64,000 nt of DNA, from the NCBI GenBank assembly GCA_040776945.1, contig JAXGZN010000002.1:1-64000 (forward strand), read 5' to 3'. The notes below the pieces were generated by a model, which did not search any database, was not told where the DNA came from, and worked only from the letters and a program-made list of their open reading frames with translations. The translations under genes and the position numbers were made by a program. Source of the stretch: Methanomassiliicoccaceae archaeon (GTDB lineage: Archaea; Thermoplasmatota; Thermoplasmata; Methanomassiliicoccales; Methanomassiliicoccaceae). This document shows, piece after piece, positions 60,555 through 64,000 of the stretch. The first letter of the stretch is position 1, and every line of letters starts with the position of its first letter.

Positions 60555-60794
60555 ATGGAAGAACCAGAACTGGAGAAGGTGACGATCCGCCTTCCCGCGC
60601 GCTACGTGCGGGCATTGGACTTCCTGGTCAGGGTAGATGACTTCCCGTCACGCTCAGAGGCTATCCGGGCGGCGATAAGGGACTTCATCTACCAAAGAGT
60701 GGACGTTGTCATGGACAAGGTCAAAAAGATGGAGGAGGCAGAAAGGACTCTCGAGGCCATGGAACAGTTCGAAGCTGAATACCTAAGGAAGTAG
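60555..60794 (+). CDS. Ribbon-helix-helix (CopG/CdrS-like) protein
   Basis: EKVTIRLP...FPSRSEAIRAAIRDF. Confidence 0.88.
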   Translation: MEEPELEKVTIRLPARYVRALDFLVRVDDFPSRSEAIRAAIRDFIYQRVDVVMDKVKKMEEAERTLEAMEQFEAEYLRK

Positions 60795-60845
60795 GGCTCT
60801 TAGATGGGATGGGATGCACAATCGGGGACTAGCCTGCCTTCAACC

Positions 60846-60864
60846 TCCCCCTCTTTTTTTATTT
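60846..60864 (+). terminator. Probable oligo-T archaeal terminator
   Basis: Pyrimidine tract ending CTCTTTTTTTATTT after the RHH gene. Confidence 0.45.
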
Positions 60865-60942
60865 CAGGGTGAGGCGGTCCGCCGCCCCCCTTAGGCCCAT
60901 GAACTTAAGGAGAATATTTGGGAAAGGGGCCCAGCGGGCCGT

Positions 60943-61710
60943 TCATCCGATATAGCCGAGATCTTCCCGCTTCGGCTCAGCGGGCGACTCAATCTCTTTG
61001 AGCTTCGAAGTAATGAGATCGATCTGCTCCGCTTTGGACACCAGGTCAGCGAAGTCTATGGTGACGCCCAGGATGTCAGCGAGTACCCGAAGCACGACCT
61101 CCGCTCCTTTGGGGTCCACAAAGTATCCTGAGGTCTCGCCCATGAGGCAAACCGCGTCCAGGCCGTAGATCTTGCTCATGCCCAGCATCAGACCGCTGGC
61201 GCCGACGATCCCGGAGCCCGGCTCACCCTTGGAAAATATCACTCCTTTGGCCCTCATCGCCTCGACCACCTCTTTGCTGGTCGCGGCCCCCAGCACTCTG
61301 GGCTGCTCGACCATCTTGCCGACGCCATACCCTCCCAGGGTGTAGATGGTCTTGACCCCCCAGTTCAGGCAGAGCTTCATCATATGGTCCGAGAGGTCGT
61401 ACTGGCCCTCTGGAGTGAGGCCCTGATAGTCCCCTACCAGGATGATCAGGTCCGGGTGCTTCCCGTCGGCCTTGGAATAGTACAGCTCGTTGTTGACGAG
61501 CTTGATCACCCCATCCTCATCGACAACGACCTGAGGCGGGAAGTATGATGAGTAGATGTCCGCGAACTTAGTGGCCTTCAGCTGGTCTAGCAGGTGCTCG
61601 GCGGCCAGCTTCCCTACGTTGCCCACACCGGGAAGCCCTTCCACCAGCACTGGCGCCTCGAACTGCGGTTCCTCAATGAATACTGCCTTGATCTTTTCCA
61701 CAACCATCAC
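60943..61710 (-). CDS. Proteasome assembly chaperone (PAC2 family)
   Basis: EGLPGVGNVGKL, FPPQV, TLGG, GASG, CLMGETSGY.VDP, YIG C-terminus. Confidence 0.93.
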   Translation of the reverse strand: MMVVEKIKAVFIEEPQFEAPVLVEGLPGVGNVGKLAAEHLLDQLKATKFADIYSSYFPPQVVVDEDGVIKLVNNELYYSKADGKHPDLIILVGDYQGLTPEGQYDLSDHMMKLCLNWGVKTIYTLGGYGVGKMVEQPRVLGAATSKEVVEAMRAKGVIFSKGEPGSGIVGASGLMLGMSKIYGLDAVCLMGETSGYFVDPKGAEVVLRVLADILGVTIDFADLVSKAEQIDLITSKLKEIESPAEPKREDLGYIG

Positions 61711-61864
61711 GCTCCTTCCTTAACTTTCTCCGATACTCTCCATAACGGTCTTCGGGGGAATATCTGGGCGGTATCGGGGTATCGGTCCTGGACCCGCAGC
61801 GAGAGCACTGGTCCGACAGAGTATATTCCACGCATCGGGGGCACTTTCTGAGCGATGTCCTCAT
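61673..61864 (-). CDS. nop10: H/ACA RNP protein Nop10
   Basis: KCPRC..YTL...C..CG......PPRYSPED.YG.YRR; conserved position after aIF2-alpha. Confidence 0.92.
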   Translation of the reverse strand: MRTSLRKCPRCVEYTLSDQCSRCGSRTDTPIPPRYSPEDRYGEYRRKLRKERDGCGKDQGSIH

Positions 61865-61940
61865 GTTCCAACCTTTTCATCGTGAACCGATCACAGCAAT
61901 GCCGGTCCATCAGGCACAACACATGAATTGGTCGCTATTA

Positions 61941-62723
61941 TCATTTTGCCTCGCGGTGGAAGGTCGCCTTTCCGCCGCAGCTTTGCAGGTTGGCGATGAT
62001 GCTGTTGGTCACCTGCTTCATCTCCTCTTCCGCGGTCTTGTAGTCGGCCGCGGCAACGACCACTCTGTACTTGGGAGCCCCAATGTACTGGATCTTGACC
62101 TGCTCCTTCGAAGAAACGATGCCGGCGATCAACGCGTCCTTTATGCGGTCCACCCCGTCAGGCTGATAACAGGTCATCTCCATGTATCCATCGATCTGTA
62201 CGAACGAGGGGGTGACGTTCTCCTTGGCCACCTCCACGAAGGTCTTGGTCCAATCGCCTTTAAGGCCCTCCTCGGCAAGGGAGCCTGGGTTCGACGCCAC
62301 CGTCTCGAACGCCCCGAACAGGGTGCCGAACTTGTTGATCAGCTCATAGCCGAACCGCTCGTACGAATCGTCCTTGGAGATGCCCATGCGCTCGGCCACG
62401 ATCTCAATGAGCTTGTCCGCCTTGTTCTCGTTCTTCCACTGCTGTATCTTCTCTCTCTTCTGGTGCTCGTTGACCGATTTGAGGGATAGGTCGATGTGGC
62501 CTTTGGACGAATCCACGCCCAATACCTTGCATACCACCTTCTGCCCCTCGCGGACGAAATCACGTATGTATTTGACCCATCCGGTGGCGACGTCCCTGAT
62601 GTGGATGAACCCCTCCTTTCCTCCGTACTCGTCCAGGGAAACAAAGGCTCCAAAGTTCTTGACGCTCTGGACCGTGCATACGACCAGCTCGCCCTCCTCA
62701 GGGAAATCGCTTTGCCGCACCAT
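61941..62723 (-). CDS. eif2a: Translation initiation factor 2 alpha subunit
   Basis: FPEEGELVV S1 domain, GHIDLSLK, YIGAPKYR. Confidence 0.97.
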   Translation of the reverse strand: MVRQSDFPEEGELVVCTVQSVKNFGAFVSLDEYGGKEGFIHIRDVATGWVKYIRDFVREGQKVVCKVLGVDSSKGHIDLSLKSVNEHQKREKIQQWKNENKADKLIEIVAERMGISKDDSYERFGYELINKFGTLFGAFETVASNPGSLAEEGLKGDWTKTFVEVAKENVTPSFVQIDGYMEMTCYQPDGVDRIKDALIAGIVSSKEQVKIQYIGAPKYRVVVAAADYKTAEEEMKQVTNSIIANLQSCGGKATFHREAK

Positions 62724-62725
62724 TC

Positions 62726-62905
62726 TTAATCAACCACCTCAACCAACGTTCCGCGCAGCTCGCCCGCACCGCCCTGGGACCTGACCAGGGTGGAGCCGCA
62801 GACGTTGCAGGTCACGTTGGTAGCAGGGTTCTTGAAGGTTATCTGCTCATTGCTGCAATCGGGGCATTTTACCTTGATGAATTTACCGGTATGTACCTCG
62901 GCCAT
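62726..62905 (-). CDS. rps27e: 30S ribosomal protein S27e
   Basis: FIKVKCPDC.NEQI.F......C..CG. Confidence 0.96.
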   Translation of the reverse strand: MAEVHTGKFIKVKCPDCSNEQITFKNPATNVTCNVCGSTLVRSQGGAGELRGTLVEVVD

Positions 62906-62910
62906 GGATC

Positions 62911-63189
62911 TCAATCCTCCAGCTCAAACTTCTTGGCCCTGAAGCAGGGCCTCTGAATCGCCTTCTTGCAGGTCTTGCACCTGTACCGGAGAGCGATCCT
63001 CTTGGTCGGCTTCTCCCTCCCCTCAGGCTTTGGCCTGGGGAAACCGCCGTATCCAGAGGTGGCCCGCCGGAATCTCCTCTGACCCCACTTCAGTTCGCTG
63101 GCCTTCTTCTTCTTGACCCTCTCGACTTCGTGATCGGTGTGTGACTTGCACCACGGGCAATAGGTTTTAACAATGTGAGGCATTTTCAT
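62911..63189 (-). CDS. rpl44e: 50S ribosomal protein L44e
   Basis: [18 protein letters not shown]...GYGG.P, KPTK...YRCKTCKK. Confidence 0.97.
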   Translation of the reverse strand: MKMPHIVKTYCPWCKSHTDHEVERVKKKKASELKWGQRRFRRATSGYGGFPRPKPEGREKPTKRIALRYRCKTCKKAIQRPCFRAKKFELED

Positions 63190-63584
63190 AGTAACACCTT
63201 AAGAGGTGGAGACTCCTAATACGCATTATCTATTTAAAATATTAGCATTCTCAAAGGATGTCCAGGACAGTCATCTGGCCACGCTGTTTTTGACCATCTC
63301 GCCCTGAGCGCAAGGCGCCGTCCCCTGAGCCGGCGGCTTGACGCCCCCGACCCTCTCCTCGAACGGAAAACCCTTCTTCGGGACCCGCAGCGAAGAAAAG
63401 GGTTTATTAAGTATCAAAAAAGATAACGATTTGGCCCCTGCCAGATGGCTGAGTTGCAGGATTTGATATCAAGCGGCCAAATGGAACGACGGCCCGTCTA
63501 CTGGCTAGGGGGATGGTCACATTACCATTTCGTGAAATAGAAAGCCATATATATGCTTCGATTAATAATTGATTAAGATAAATT

Positions 63585-63959
63585 ATGAACGAAAGAGGCT
63601 TTACGAAAAAGGACGAGACCCTCGTCAAGCTCCTGATGCGCACGGATATGCCGAAAAATGTCGCTAAGACACTTGTATTCCTGCGCAAGAAGGAGGAGAC
63701 CACCTCTGTAGAGATCGAGATATCGACCGCTCTCAGGCAACCGGAGGTATCCATCGCCATGCAGGAGCTCCGCAGGCGCAAGTGGGTCATCAAGAGGGAC
63801 ATCAAGAAGGAGGGAAAGGGAAGGCCGGTCCATTCCTATAAGCTGGCCCTGCCGTTCGAGAAGATCATAGAGATACTTGAAAGGGAGGAGATGAAAAGGA
63901 TCGAGGAGATCCAGAACAACATCAAGGCCCTGAAGCAGGTCGCCCTGCAGCAGGCCTAG
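63585..63959 (+). CDS. Archaeal winged-helix transcriptional regulator
   Basis: VAKTL..L....TSVEIE....LRQPEVSIAM..L......KGRP...Y.L. Confidence 0.88.
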   Translation: MNERGFTKKDETLVKLLMRTDMPKNVAKTLVFLRKKEETTSVEIEISTALRQPEVSIAMQELRRRKWVIKRDIKKEGKGRPVHSYKLALPFEKIIEILEREEMKRIEEIQNNIKALKQVALQQA

Positions 63960-64000
63960 GACCTTTCTCTTATCACCGTTCCTCTTTCCGTTCCTATCAC

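Noticed and set aside
1-64000. Genome-wide reassignment of TAG to pyrrolysine
   Set aside because: By my count about 11 of 58 credible genes end in TAG at their expected C-termini, and no recognisable gene has an internal TAG.

Overview
GC-rich archaeal chromosomal segment, most consistent with a Methanomassiliicoccales (Thermoplasmatota) methanogen. This is an inference from archaeal core genes at the right end (radA, cca, GGGP/DGGGP synthases, intron-containing tRNA-Tyr, PAC2-nop10-aIF2alpha-rps27e-rpl44e) together with MtaA-family, MEDS and DUF1638 genes. The left ~49 kb is accessory or metabolic. It holds PKD/BspA surface proteins, a head-to-head junction of two 5'-truncated genes (DUF262/GmrSD-like and GH65), a 1351-aa Fe-S nuclease/RNase H-like/SF1 helicase, a cooT-cooC-cooS CO dehydrogenase operon, regulators, and a vorCBA + XRE + acyl-CoA ligase cluster. 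The most notable locus (39.2-48.9 kb) contains an MtaA-family methyltransferase, a fused AYSHRM/zinc-finger protein, a TrsS/Tes-like radical SAM enzyme, DUF169, a MEDS-PAS-coiled-coil pseudo-kinase lacking its HATPase domain, and a PaaK-like ligase; two of its promoters share an operator-like palindrome. Features missing from the ORF track were found by reading the sequence: a 47-aa double-CxxC microprotein, an eroded pdxT pseudogene, tRNA-Tyr, and two candidate structured ncRNAs. No cas genes, integrase or transposase were recognised. All family assignments come from motif recognition by eye, not database searches.
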